A stretch of 64,000 nucleotides of DNA from Candidatus Caccocola faecigallinarum (lineage in GTDB: Bacteria; Synergistota; Synergistia; Synergistales; Synergistaceae): assembly GCA_018712745.1 (NCBI GenBank), contig DVGL01000027.1, forward strand, positions 66,929 through 130,928. Reading direction: 5' to 3'. A program made the position numbers and the translations under genes. Under the pieces are notes generated by a model that was given only the letters and a program-made list of their open reading frames with translations, ran no database searches and had not been told where the DNA came from. Positions 30,562 to 39,887 of the stretch are shown piece by piece (the first letter of the stretch is position 1; each line of letters begins with the position of its first letter).

Positions 30562-30613
30562 TTCCGCATGTTTTGCGGCGGTCAGCCGACATTCGGGGAA
30601 CGGAGGAAACGTC

Positions 30614-30697
30614 ATGGCTTATACGAACTTTACGATGATAATGTGCATGATGATGCGCAGCTGCGGCGGCTCCTCTCCTGAATTGACCGGCGCTTAA
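30614..30697 (+). CDS. Met-rich leader peptide (27 aa)
   Basis: GGAGG RBS at 30602; MAYTNFTMIMCMMMRSCGGSSPELTGA with 5 Met in 7 codons. Confidence 0.8.
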   Translation: MAYTNFTMIMCMMMRSCGGSSPELTGA

Positions 30698-30718
30698 AAC
30701 TCGCGTCGTCGATTAGGG

Positions 30719-30758
30719 GACCGGATCCGCTGGTGCGGGTCCGGTCTTTTTTTATTTT
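30719..30758 (+). terminator. attenuator terminator upstream of metQ
   Basis: GACCGGATCCGC-TGGT-GCGGGTCCGGTC followed by TTTTTTTATTTT; left arm overlaps antiterminator 30671-30725. Confidence 0.85.
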
Positions 30759-30871
30759 CACGCGCTTACGGAGGAGTGATGGAAAGGAAGGAAATTCTGC
30801 GCTTCGCGCGGCGTCTGCGGCAAACGGGCGGCCTTCGGGCCATTGGCAAAATTTTGACGGAGGTATGACGA

Positions 30872-31648
30872 ATGAAAAAACTTGTTTCTGTTTTCTGCGC
30901 TTTGCTCTTTTTCGCTTCGGCGGCACAGGCCGCCGAGAAGATTGTCCTCGGCGTGACGCCCTTCCCCGCGCAGGAGATCGCCGCGGTAGCGGCGGAGGTC
31001 CTCGAAAAGCAGGGCTACGAGGTCGAAATCAAAGAATTCACCGACTTTATCCAGCCGAACCTCGCGCTCGAGGACGGCAGCCTCGACGCGAACTTCTTCC
31101 AGCACATCCCCTTCCTCGAAAATATGAGGAGCGAAAAGAACCTCGACATCGTAGCCATCACGAAGGTACACCTTCTGCCCATCGGCATCTATTCGCATAA
31201 AATCAAGTCGCTCGACGAGGTCGAAGACCGCGCCGTCGTCGCGGTGCCGAACGACCCGACGAACGGCTTCCGCGCCTACAAGCTGCTCGAGCGCGAAGGT
31301 CTGCTCAAGATGAAAGACGGCGTGAATCTCACGGCGCGCGACATCCTTGAGAACCCGAAGAACCTCAAGATAATCGAGCTCGAAGCGCCGCAGCTCCCGC
31401 GCACGCTCAGCGACACGACGATTTCCGTCATAAATATGAACTTCGCGGTGGACGCGGGGCTCGACCCGTCGAAGGACGCGCTCGCGCTCGAGGACAAGGA
31501 TTCGCCCTACGCGGTCGTGCTCGCCTGCCGCGGCGAGGACAAGGACAAGCCGCAGATAAAGGCGCTCGCCGCCGCGCTGAACTCGCCCGAGGTGAAGAAG
31601 TTCATCACGGAGGAGCTCGCGAGCAAGGGCGTGCTCCCCGCCTTCTAA
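30872..31648 (+). CDS. metQ: MetQ/NlpA family methionine ABC transporter substrate-binding protein
   Basis: FTDFIQPNLAL, DANFFQHIPFL, PNDPTN, NPKNLK; signal peptide. Confidence 0.92.
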   Translation: MKKLVSVFCALLFFASAAQAAEKIVLGVTPFPAQEIAAVAAEVLEKQGYEVEIKEFTDFIQPNLALEDGSLDANFFQHIPFLENMRSEKNLDIVAITKVHLLPIGIYSHKIKSLDEVEDRAVVAVPNDPTNGFRAYKLLEREGLLKMKDGVNLTARDILENPKNLKIIELEAPQLPRTLSDTTISVINMNFAVDAGLDPSKDALALEDKDSPYAVVLACRGEDKDKPQIKALAAALNSPEVKKFITEELASKGVLPAF

Positions 31649-31763
31649 GCGCGCCGAAGCGCGAAATTTCGCGGCCTTCCGAAGCTCGTCATGAGCGCGG
31701 GAGGCCGCTCTTTTTTGCTATAATTTCTGCGTACAGGCGAGATTTACGGAAGGAGCGCGCGCG

Positions 31764-34700
31764 ATGTCTCTGAATTTTTCTTTTTTCGGCGAACCGCAGG
31801 TCACGAAAGACGGCGAAGCCGTGCAGCTTCCTTTCAAAAAGGCCGAGGCGCTGCTTTTCTTCCTCGCCTCGGAGGGCTGCGCGCCGAAGGAAAAAATAGC
31901 CTTTCTGCTGTGGGGCGACAAGAACGAAAAACAGGCGGCGGGCAGCCTGCGCAACGCGCTCTGCCTGCTGCGCAGGAACTTCCCGGAAAATATAGTCGCG
32001 AATAAAAAAGAGATACGCCTCGCTGATTTCACGCGCGACGCGGACGTTATAGACAGGCTGGCCTCGCGCGCGGAGCCGCTGCCCGAGGCTATTTTCAGCG
32101 AGCCGCTGAGCGGCCTCGACATGCTCGACAGGCCGGAGTTCGCGGAATGGCTCGGCGAGACGCGCGCGCGGCTGCGCGAAAGGACCGTCTCGGCGCTGCG
32201 CGACCGCATCACGGCCTGCTACGACGCGCGCGACATGGACGGGGCGGCGGAGTCGCTCTCGGCGCTGCTTTTCTTCGAGCCCTACGAGGAGGATTCCGTC
32301 CTCGAGCTGATGGAAATTTACCGCGACGAGGGCGCGCCGTCGAAGGCCGTCTCCGTCTACAACACATACCGCGAAAAGCTGCGCGCCGACCTCGGCATAG
32401 AGCCGAGCGAACGCGCGAAGAGCTTCCTCTTCACGATAGGCAAGCCCTCGGAGGCGGCGAAGTCTCCCGGAGAATTCTTCTGCGGGCGCGAGGGCGAGAT
32501 AAAGAAAATTCTGGAGCTAGCGCAGAGCGGCGGCGGCCTCGACGTAATTTTCATCCACGGCGAGGGCGGCGTCGGAAAGACGGCGCTCGTCGAGCAGGCG
32601 CTGCGCTCGGCCTTCGGCGGCGCGGGCGTATTCCGCGCCTCACCGCTCTCGGTCGGAGAGAAATTTCCATATTCGTCGTGGGACGGCATAGCCTCCGCTA
32701 TGGGCGTGCTCTGCGCGGAACGCGGCATCGAGCCCTCGCCCGCGGAGCGCGCGATGCTCTCGTCGGTCTTTTACGGCTTCATGGGCGGTCAGACGCCGAT
32801 GAGCGCCGCCTTCTCCCCAGAGCGCACGCCGCTCACCGTAGGGCGCGCGCTAGCCTCGCTCGCGCAGCGCCTCTGCGACCGCGGCAAGCCCGTATTTATA
32901 TTCGAGGACCTGCACTGGTTCGACGACAAATCTTTCGACACGCTGCGCGTCTTCCTTTCCGAGCTGAAGATATCCGCCGTGATATTCATGACCGCGCGCC
33001 CCGAAAGCGCCGCGGCGGCTGAGGGGATGCTGCGCAACATAAAGCCGCAGCTCCGCATGCGCACGCTCGAAATATCGCTCGCGCCCTTCCGCGGGCCGGA
33101 GATAATAAAATACTGCCGCTCCTTCCTCTCCGACAAGGTCATAAGCTGCCGCGGCGAGGAATATTTCATCCGCGAGAGCGAAGGGATGCCGCTGCTGCTC
33201 GCGGAGATGATGCGGATTCTGATGGAAAACGAAAACGCCGACTGCCGCGACGGCCTCAAGGGGCTCATAATGAGCCGCCTCGAGGGAATGTCGGAGCGGG
33301 AGCGCGCCCTGGTGCTCGCGCTCTCGGCCTTCGGCGGCGGCGCGCAGCCGGAGGAGCTCGCCGCGGTGCTCGGCGAGGAACCGGAAGCTACGGAAAGGAC
33401 GCTCGACGCGCTGCTTCGGAAGAAGATGATACGCGAGGTAAGCGACGGCGGGCGCGCGGCGATAGATTTCCTACACGCCAACGTGCGCGAATGCCTTTAC
33501 GACTCTATGCCGGCCTTCCGCAAAAAGCAGTTCCACGCCAAGATAGCGGACGTGCTCTCCGCTGGCTGGTCGCCGCACGTATGGAACCCGGCGCTCAGCG
33601 CGAAGCTCTGCCACCACTACACGGCGGCGGGGATGAAGATGCAGGTGCTGCGCCAGAACGTCTCCGAGATGCTCTTCCACATCAACCTGAACCACATACT
33701 CTTCCCGATGATAGAGGACGGCGTCCTGCTCCGCTGCTCCGTGCCCTACAGCAGCCGCGAGGAGACGGAGGAAAAGTTTGAACGGATACGCCGGACCCTC
33801 GGCGAGCTGCGCGCGGCGGGGCCGGAGAACGAACGCGAGCTGACGGCGCTCGAAGCCGCCTACTTCGAGATGTACGGCGGCTATCTCATAAACTGGGGCG
33901 AATACGACAAAGGCATGACGCTTTTATCCGGCGCATTGCGAATATCCGAAGAAAATCGCGTCGGAGAGACGTATATACACGCTCTTGAAGACATAGCGCA
34001 CTTCTACCTACAGACCGACGAGGGCGAAAAGCTGCGGGCCGCGGGCGAGAAGCTGCTCTCGCTCTCGCGTGAGCTCGGCAAGGAAAACCACGCGGGGCTC
34101 GCGTTGCGCTTCCTCGGCATGGCGAAGCAGATCGAGGGCGACTTCGACGGCGCGGAAGAGATTTTCACGCGCTCCGTCAAGGTATTCGAGAACCTCGCGC
34201 TCACGGGCCGCAGCTACACGCTCAGCATGCTCGCGCCGAAATGCTACATCGGAGAGATGCGCCAGCGGCGCGGCGACGCCGCGGGAGCCCTGCGCCTTTT
34301 CGAGGAATGCGTTACTGCTTGCGAGAAGCGCGGCCTTTTCTGGGGACGCAGCCACTTCCACGCGCACGCGGCGGACGCCGCCTTCGACTTAGGCGATCGC
34401 GCGCTCTTCGAGGCGCACGTGCGCAAGGGCGCGGAGCTATTCGAAAGCTCGAAGGGCGGACACTGCACCTCGCTGCTCTACAGCCTCAAGGCGATATGCG
34501 ACGCCGACGCCGGAGACGCGGAGGGCGCGCTCGACTCGCTGCGGAAGGCCGACTTCCTCTCCGCTATAGGCAAAAAGAGCTGGCACGCCGCACAGTACAT
34601 GGCGAAGGCGTGGACCGCCGCCGCCGTCGAAGAGGGCCTCCTGGACGGCGCGCCGTTCGCAGACGCCCTCGGCCGCCCCGCCGCACGATACGCCGAAGAG

Positions 34701-34775
34701 GCGGCGCGCGCCTACCGCGAGATAGGCGCGGAGGGACGCGCGGAATTCATCGAGAAAAAATTTATAAAAGGCTGA
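31764..34775 (+). CDS. large SARP/BTAD-AAA ATPase-TPR transcriptional regulator
   Basis: N-terminal HTH/BTAD (KAEALLFFL, EPYEE), Walker A GEGGVGKT, FEDLHW, helical C-terminus. Confidence 0.85.
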   Translation: MSLNFSFFGEPQVTKDGEAVQLPFKKAEALLFFLASEGCAPKEKIAFLLWGDKNEKQAAGSLRNALCLLRRNFPENIVANKKEIRLADFTRDADVIDRLASRAEPLPEAIFSEPLSGLDMLDRPEFAEWLGETRARLRERTVSALRDRITACYDARDMDGAAESLSALLFFEPYEEDSVLELMEIYRDEGAPSKAVSVYNTYREKLRADLGIEPSERAKSFLFTIGKPSEAAKSPGEFFCGREGEIKKILELAQSGGGLDVIFIHGEGGVGKTALVEQALRSAFGGAGVFRASPLSVGEKFPYSSWDGIASAMGVLCAERGIEPSPAERAMLSSVFYGFMGGQTPMSAAFSPERTPLTVGRALASLAQRLCDRGKPVFIFEDLHWFDDKSFDTLRVFLSELKISAVIFMTARPESAAAAEGMLRNIKPQLRMRTLEISLAPFRGPEIIKYCRSFLSDKVISCRGEEYFIRESEGMPLLLAEMMRILMENENADCRDGLKGLIMSRLEGMSERERALVLALSAFGGGAQPEELAAVLGEEPEATERTLDALLRKKMIREVSDGGRAAIDFLHANVRECLYDSMPAFRKKQFHAKIADVLSAGWSPHVWNPALSAKLCHHYTAAGMKMQVLRQNVSEMLFHINLNHILFPMIEDGVLLRCSVPYSSREETEEKFERIRRTLGELRAAGPENERELTALEAAYFEMYGGYLINWGEYDKGMTLLSGALRISEENRVGETYIHALEDIAHFYLQTDEGEKLRAAGEKLLSLSRELGKENHAGLALRFLGMAKQIEGDFDGAEEIFTRSVKVFENLALTGRSYTLSMLAPKCYIGEMRQRRGDAAGALRLFEECVTACEKRGLFWGRSHFHAHAADAAFDLGDRALFEAHVRKGAELFESSKGGHCTSLLYSLKAICDADAGDAEGALDSLRKADFLSAIGKKSWHAAQYMAKAWTAAAVEEGLLDGAPFADALGRPAARYAEEAARAYREIGAEGRAEFIEKKFIKG

Positions 34776-34931
34776 GACGACGCGGCGTGCGCGAAGGCGG
34801 GAGCGCCGCGAAATTTTTGCAAAAACGCGCGGAAAGCGCGCCGTCCCGTAAATTTTCTTTGCAATATCAGGTCATAAAGGCTACAATAATAACACGGTCA
34901 TAAATAAAAACATCATTAGGAGGAGATTCCA

Positions 34932-36194
34932 ATGGATGTAAAGAGTAAAGCCTACCAGGAACTTCTGAAAAAGCGCCCGCTCAACGTGCAGGCGCGCTTC
35001 GCGAACGAAGAGATGGGCCTCGTCAGCGGACGCGACATCGCCGCCGCGGCGAAGAAGTGCGACTCAATCGTACTCGCGGCCAACGCGCGCCATCCGCTCG
35101 TCGTGAAGGGCGTGCTCCGCGCGGCGAAGAAGAAAAACGCCGCCGTGCTCATCGAGCTCGCGAAGTCGGAGTCGACCTACTGCGGTTCGACCTACGACAA
35201 CCTCGCCGACTACGCGCTGAAGTACTCGACCGAGCTCGGACACGGAGCGGTCTTCGGGCTCCACGTAGACCACTACGCGATAAAGAGCGAAGCGGACGTT
35301 CTCAAGGGAGTAGGCCACCTCACGAAAATACTGAACAGCGGCTTCACCTCCGTCGCAATCGACGCCTCGCACCTCGAGGACTACGACAACTTCGCCGCGA
35401 CGCGCGCCCTCGCGGGCTGGCTGCCGCCCGAGCTCGGCCTTGAAGTCGAAGTCGGCGAGATAAAGGGCCCCGGCGAGCTATCGACCGTCGAAGAGGCGAC
35501 CTATTACATCGGCGGCCTCAACGCGTGGCAGATCTTCCCCGACTACCTCGCCATCTCCAACGGAAGCCTCCACGGCACCTACGACCCGGCGGTCGGACAG
35601 ATGGAGGGTATCGACCTCACGCGCACGAAGGAAATAGCCGACGCGATAGCCCCCTACGGCGTCGCGATAGCGCAGCACGGCATCTCCGGCACGCCGCTCG
35701 ACAAGGTCTCGACCTTCCGCAAGTACGGCATCCGCAAGGGCAACGTCGCTACGCTCTTCCAGAACGTCTACTTCGGAATCAAGATGGACCCCGACACCGG
35801 CAACGCGATAACCGAGGGCGGCACCTACACGAAGGAAGCCGACCGCGGAATCTCCGTCGAGCTCTGGGAGAAGATCGTCGCCGCGGCCGACGAAAAGGGC
35901 ATGAGCCGCAAGAGCGGAGACTACAAGAAGCTCAACCTGCCCTTCGCCGAGATGATCCTCAACGAGCCGCAGCCCATTATCGACAGAATCGTCGACGAAA
36001 TCGAGTGGTGGGCCGGACGCTTCATCGACGCCTTCGAAGCCGAAGGCACAGCCGACGCCGTCGCCGAAATCATGGCGGCGCGCCCCGACCACAACGCCGC
36101 GCCGGACCGCAAAGTCCTCTGTGAGCGCAAGGACTTCAGAAAAGACAACGCCCCCGGCAAAGGCGGCAACGACGGCAAGAACTACGACGACTAA
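34932..36194 (+). CDS. fba: class II fructose-bisphosphate aldolase
   Basis: HVDH, IDASH, EVEVGEI, NGSLHG, AQHGISG. Confidence 0.85.
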   Translation: MDVKSKAYQELLKKRPLNVQARFANEEMGLVSGRDIAAAAKKCDSIVLAANARHPLVVKGVLRAAKKKNAAVLIELAKSESTYCGSTYDNLADYALKYSTELGHGAVFGLHVDHYAIKSEADVLKGVGHLTKILNSGFTSVAIDASHLEDYDNFAATRALAGWLPPELGLEVEVGEIKGPGELSTVEEATYYIGGLNAWQIFPDYLAISNGSLHGTYDPAVGQMEGIDLTRTKEIADAIAPYGVAIAQHGISGTPLDKVSTFRKYGIRKGNVATLFQNVYFGIKMDPDTGNAITEGGTYTKEADRGISVELWEKIVAAADEKGMSRKSGDYKKLNLPFAEMILNEPQPIIDRIVDEIEWWAGRFIDAFEAEGTADAVAEIMAARPDHNAAPDRKVLCERKDFRKDNAPGKGGNDGKNYDD

Positions 36195-36403
36195 GTAAAA
36201 CAGACGCAGCAAAGAACGCAGCAGAGCCCCGAACCGAAAGGTCCGGGGCTCTTGCTTTTTATATATGCAAGATATGCAAGCGAAAGGCAAGCCCCGCGTC
36301 CATACAAAGCCGTGTATCGTGTGTGCGTGCCGCTCCTTGCGCTGTCACACCATAAACTATATAATTATTACGCGTTATGTGTATCGAAAGGGGGCGTGCC
36401 GGT

Positions 36404-36571
36404 ATGGCGACAAGCAGCATATACACCAGCGTAAGAGTAAAAAGCAAGGCGGAGTGCAGAAAACTTGTCGCAGCGTTGGAACATGCGCAAGACAAAAAGG
36501 CACAGCCGGTCGTTTTCTCGCGCCCTGTCGAAATAATAAAGGGCGAAAAGATAAAAGAGATATTCAAGTAA
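36404..36571 (+). CDS. 55-aa small protein, putative antitoxin
   Basis: RBS, 4 bp upstream of a GNAT gene in an AT-rich islet. Confidence 0.6.
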   Translation: MATSSIYTSVRVKSKAECRKLVAALEHAQDKKAQPVVFSRPVEIIKGEKIKEIFK

Positions 36572-36575
36572 CGAT

Positions 36576-37190
36576 ATGCCCCATATTCAAGGCTATAAGA
36601 TAATACCGCTGAACGAACTAATGGCACAGCTTGACAAAGAGAGGGTTACGACAATCCTCTCTTCGTTTTCATCGCCGATGAATAAGGACGTAGAGCTATT
36701 CCTTAAGCAGAAAGCCGTCACATTCGATACTCAATCCATCTCTAGGACACATTTGGTATTTACATCGTACAAAGAACAAACCGTGCTTGCCGGCTATTTC
36801 ACGCTCGCTTATAAGGATTTTACGATACCGGCTAAAAACGTAGGGCGCAGCCTCAGAGACAGGATAAAAAAATTCGGTTCTTACGATTTTGAGACAAAGG
36901 CGTACAAAATATCAGCTCCGCTTATCGCGCAGCTCGGTAAAAATTTTACCGACGGCTACAACAAGCTCATATCGGGCGACGAACTTCTGACAATGGCATG
37001 CAATATCGTCTCAGAGATACATCTGCTTGCCGGAGGAAGAATCGTCTACGTCGAGTGCGAGGACAAACCAAGGCTCGTTGAGTTCTATCAGCGCAACGGC
37101 TTCGTCGCATTCAGCGAACGTCAGCTCGATGCAAAATCAAAAAAGAATATGGATGTAAGCTATCTGGTACAGATGCTGCGATATTTGTAG
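36576..37190 (+). CDS. GNAT acetyltransferase (TacT/AtaT toxin-like)
   Basis: FS..NKDVE.FL, GYFTL, PLIAQLGKN, FYQRNGF. Confidence 0.75.
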   Translation: MPHIQGYKIIPLNELMAQLDKERVTTILSSFSSPMNKDVELFLKQKAVTFDTQSISRTHLVFTSYKEQTVLAGYFTLAYKDFTIPAKNVGRSLRDRIKKFGSYDFETKAYKISAPLIAQLGKNFTDGYNKLISGDELLTMACNIVSEIHLLAGGRIVYVECEDKPRLVEFYQRNGFVAFSERQLDAKSKKNMDVSYLVQMLRYL

Positions 37191-37251
37191 AGTTTAAGAG
37201 AAAAGCCCCCGCGAGGGGGCTTTCCTGCTAATTTATATCAGCGGCATCTCG

Positions 37252-37905
37252 CTACGCGATAAACCTCTTCGCCATCGGCACGACGAATTTGTTCGCGGCC
37301 TTCACCGTGAGGCCGACGCAGAGCGCGGCGGCGAGCGTGCCTTCGCGGACGCCCTCTATTTTTCCGGCGACGGCGAACGATAAGAGCAGCGCCGAGGCCA
37401 CGAGGCTCGCGTCGAAGAATATCTTCGTGCGCGGGAAGCTGACGTGCAGCACTCGGCAGACGGCGACGACCACGCCCTCGCCCGCGAGCGGCACGGCTCC
37501 CGAGGCGACGGCGCAGGCCACGCCTGTGCCTACGAGCACTATGCCCACGAGGACGAGCAGCCAGAGCTGCCAGTATGCCGAGCAGTCCACCCAGCCGAGA
37601 GCCAAGAGCCCCGCGTCTATCATGTAGCCGAACATTATGCCGATAGGCAGCTGCGCGAGCTGCACGGGGTCGAAGCGCCGCCGCAGCAGCGCTATCTGCA
37701 TCGCGATGAAGACGCAGTGCATCGCTATAGTCGCCTGCCCTATCGTGAAGGGCGAAAATAAGCTAACGACGTAAGGCAGACTCGAAATCGGCGACGTGCC
37801 GAGCTTCGCCTTGACCGAGAAGCCTATGCCGAGCGCCATCAGCGCGAGGCCGAAGCAGAGAAATATATAGCGCTTCGCCAGCACGGCGTAATCGCGGCGC
37901 GTCAT
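37252..37905 (-). CDS. YczE/YyaS (DUF6198) family membrane protein
   Basis: LGTSPISSLPYV and GVREGT motifs. Confidence 0.85.
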   Translation of the reverse strand: MTRRDYAVLAKRYIFLCFGLALMALGIGFSVKAKLGTSPISSLPYVVSLFSPFTIGQATIAMHCVFIAMQIALLRRRFDPVQLAQLPIGIMFGYMIDAGLLALGWVDCSAYWQLWLLVLVGIVLVGTGVACAVASGAVPLAGEGVVVAVCRVLHVSFPRTKIFFDASLVASALLLSFAVAGKIEGVREGTLAAALCVGLTVKAANKFVVPMAKRFIA

Positions 37906-38333
37906 CTCGCGTCCACCTCCGTCTCCGCCATCGCGCGTCGCACAGACGCGAGCATATTTTTTAACCGTTCTTCTTCGCCGTCCGACAGCAGCGACACGGC
38001 GCGGCGGTCGGCGCGCGCGAAGACCTCCGCCATGCCGCGCGCCGCCTCTTCGCCCTTCGGCGTCAGCGAGACGTAGAGCGAGCGGCGGTTGCCATCCTTG
38101 TGCCTCCGCTCTATGAGACCGGCCTGCTCCATGCGCAGCAGGATGCCGCCCGCCGTCGCCTGTTCTATCTCGCATTCCGCGGCGAGCGTCTTCTGCTCGC
38201 TCTCGCCGTTGTTCGTAAGGAATTCCAAAATTTTCGGCTGCCCCGGCGTCAGCCCCAGCTTCGCGGCGCCGTCGAGTATCTCGCGGTTGACCGCGCCGTG
38301 CGCCCTCATCAACAGATAATGCAGCGGTTCCAT
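37902..38333 (-). CDS. MarR family regulator
   Basis: GLTPGQPKIL, RRSLYVSLTPKG. Confidence 0.9.
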   Translation of the reverse strand: MEPLHYLLMRAHGAVNREILDGAAKLGLTPGQPKILEFLTNNGESEQKTLAAECEIEQATAGGILLRMEQAGLIERRHKDGNRRSLYVSLTPKGEEAARGMAEVFARADRRAVSLLSDGEEERLKNMLASVRRAMAETEVDAR

Positions 38334-38521
38334 AGTTGCCTCCCAAACGCTAAGCATACTTAATATAACGAAGCTTAATTATATACGCGCGCGGCGCGCC
38401 GTCAATATCCAGCCGCGGCGCAAAATCCTGAAAACGGCGCGCGTTTGCTATAATATCGTAAAACTTTCGCAACAACGCATGGCGCGGCGAGCGAACGCCG
38501 CGCGAAGGGAGGAACGGCAGT

Positions 38522-38752
38522 TTGAGCCGCGCATTTGTAAAAGAGGACGACGGCGAACGCGGGAACGCCGTCGCCGACATTCAGTTCCGCGAGGCGAAGC
38601 TCGAGTGGCTGCGCATACAGGAGAAGAAGCTCGACACTCTGCTGAACGACCCGAAGTCGAAGAAGGTGAAGCCGGAGCTCCTCGAGCGCTGGATAAAGGA
38701 TACGGAGGCCGACATCGCGAAGACGAAGCGCGAGCTCGGCTACGAGGGCTAG
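38522..38752 (+). CDS. small hypothetical protein with GreA/B-homolog-like MSRAFVKE N-terminus
   Basis: GGAGG RBS, TTG start, TATAAT upstream, terminator downstream. Confidence 0.7.
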   Translation: MSRAFVKEDDGERGNAVADIQFREAKLEWLRIQEKKLDTLLNDPKSKKVKPELLERWIKDTEADIAKTKRELGYEG

Positions 38753-39098
38753 AGGCGCGGGCCGCGGCGCAAAGCCGCGGCCTTTTCGTTTACTTTGCGT
38801 AAAAGTCTCCGTCAACTCCTTGCAATCCCACGCCAAAACCATTACACTAACGGCGTTTATGTCGTTACACGGAAGGGACGTGAGACGAAAATTGAAAAAA
38901 ATCACTGGTGTCTGGTGTGACAGACACGAAACACAGCTTTCCAGCGCGCGCAGGCCGCGGCGTGTTTTCACGGCGGCTCTTCCGGTTCCCGCGTATTCGG
39001 CGGCTCTTCCCGCCCATGCGATATGCGGCGAATATCTCCGAATATGACGGCCCTTTTGAAAAACCATCACAAAAACAAAATCTCAAGGGGGTACGGAT

Positions 39099-39887
39099 AT
39101 GAACACCATCAACAAGCCGCTTATAGTTATCGAACACCTCTCTAAGAGCTACGAGGACGGCGTCGTCCTCAAGGACATCAGCTTTACCATACGCGAAGGA
39201 GACCTCGCCACGATTATAGGCCCGTCGGGCTGCGGCAAGTCTACCTTCCTGCGCTGCATCAACTGCCTCGAGCTTATGGACTCCGGCTCCGTCACGGTCG
39301 CTGGCGTCACCGTCTCTCGCAAACCGGGCGAGAAGCCGACGGACGAAATGCTCGCCAAGGTCCACGCGCTTCGCACCGAGGTCGGCATGGTCTTCCAGAG
39401 CTACAATTTGTTCCCGAACAAGGACCTGCTCCACAACATCATGCTCGCGCCTATGGTCGTGAAGAAGATGAAGGAAGAAGAGGCGCGCGACCTCGGCATG
39501 AGGATGCTCGAGAAGGTCGGCCTCGCCGGCTTCGCCAACAGATACCCGTCGACGCTCTCCGGCGGACAGAGCCAGCGCGCCGCGATAGCGCGGGCGCTCG
39601 CGATGAACCCGCGCGTGATGCTCTACGACGAGCCGACCTCCGCGCTCGACCCCGAGCTCGTAGGCGAAGTCCTCCACGTCATGAAGGAGCTCGACGCGGA
39701 AGGCATGACGCAGATAATAGTCACGCACGAGATGAAGTTCGCCAAGGACGCCTCGGACTACATCATATTCATGGACAAGGGCGAGATAGTCGAGTACGAG
39801 GACGGGGACATACTCTTTGCCAATCCGAAGAACGAACGCACCCGCGCCTTCCTCCGCCACTTTGTAAACGCAGGGGTGACATGCTGA
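39099..39887 (+). CDS. polar amino acid ABC transporter ATP-binding protein
   Basis: GPSGCGKST, LSGGQ, DEPTSALDPE. Confidence 0.95.
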   Translation: MNTINKPLIVIEHLSKSYEDGVVLKDISFTIREGDLATIIGPSGCGKSTFLRCINCLELMDSGSVTVAGVTVSRKPGEKPTDEMLAKVHALRTEVGMVFQSYNLFPNKDLLHNIMLAPMVVKKMKEEEARDLGMRMLEKVGLAGFANRYPSTLSGGQSQRAAIARALAMNPRVMLYDEPTSALDPELVGEVLHVMKELDAEGMTQIIVTHEMKFAKDASDYIIFMDKGEIVEYEDGDILFANPKNERTRAFLRHFVNAGVTC

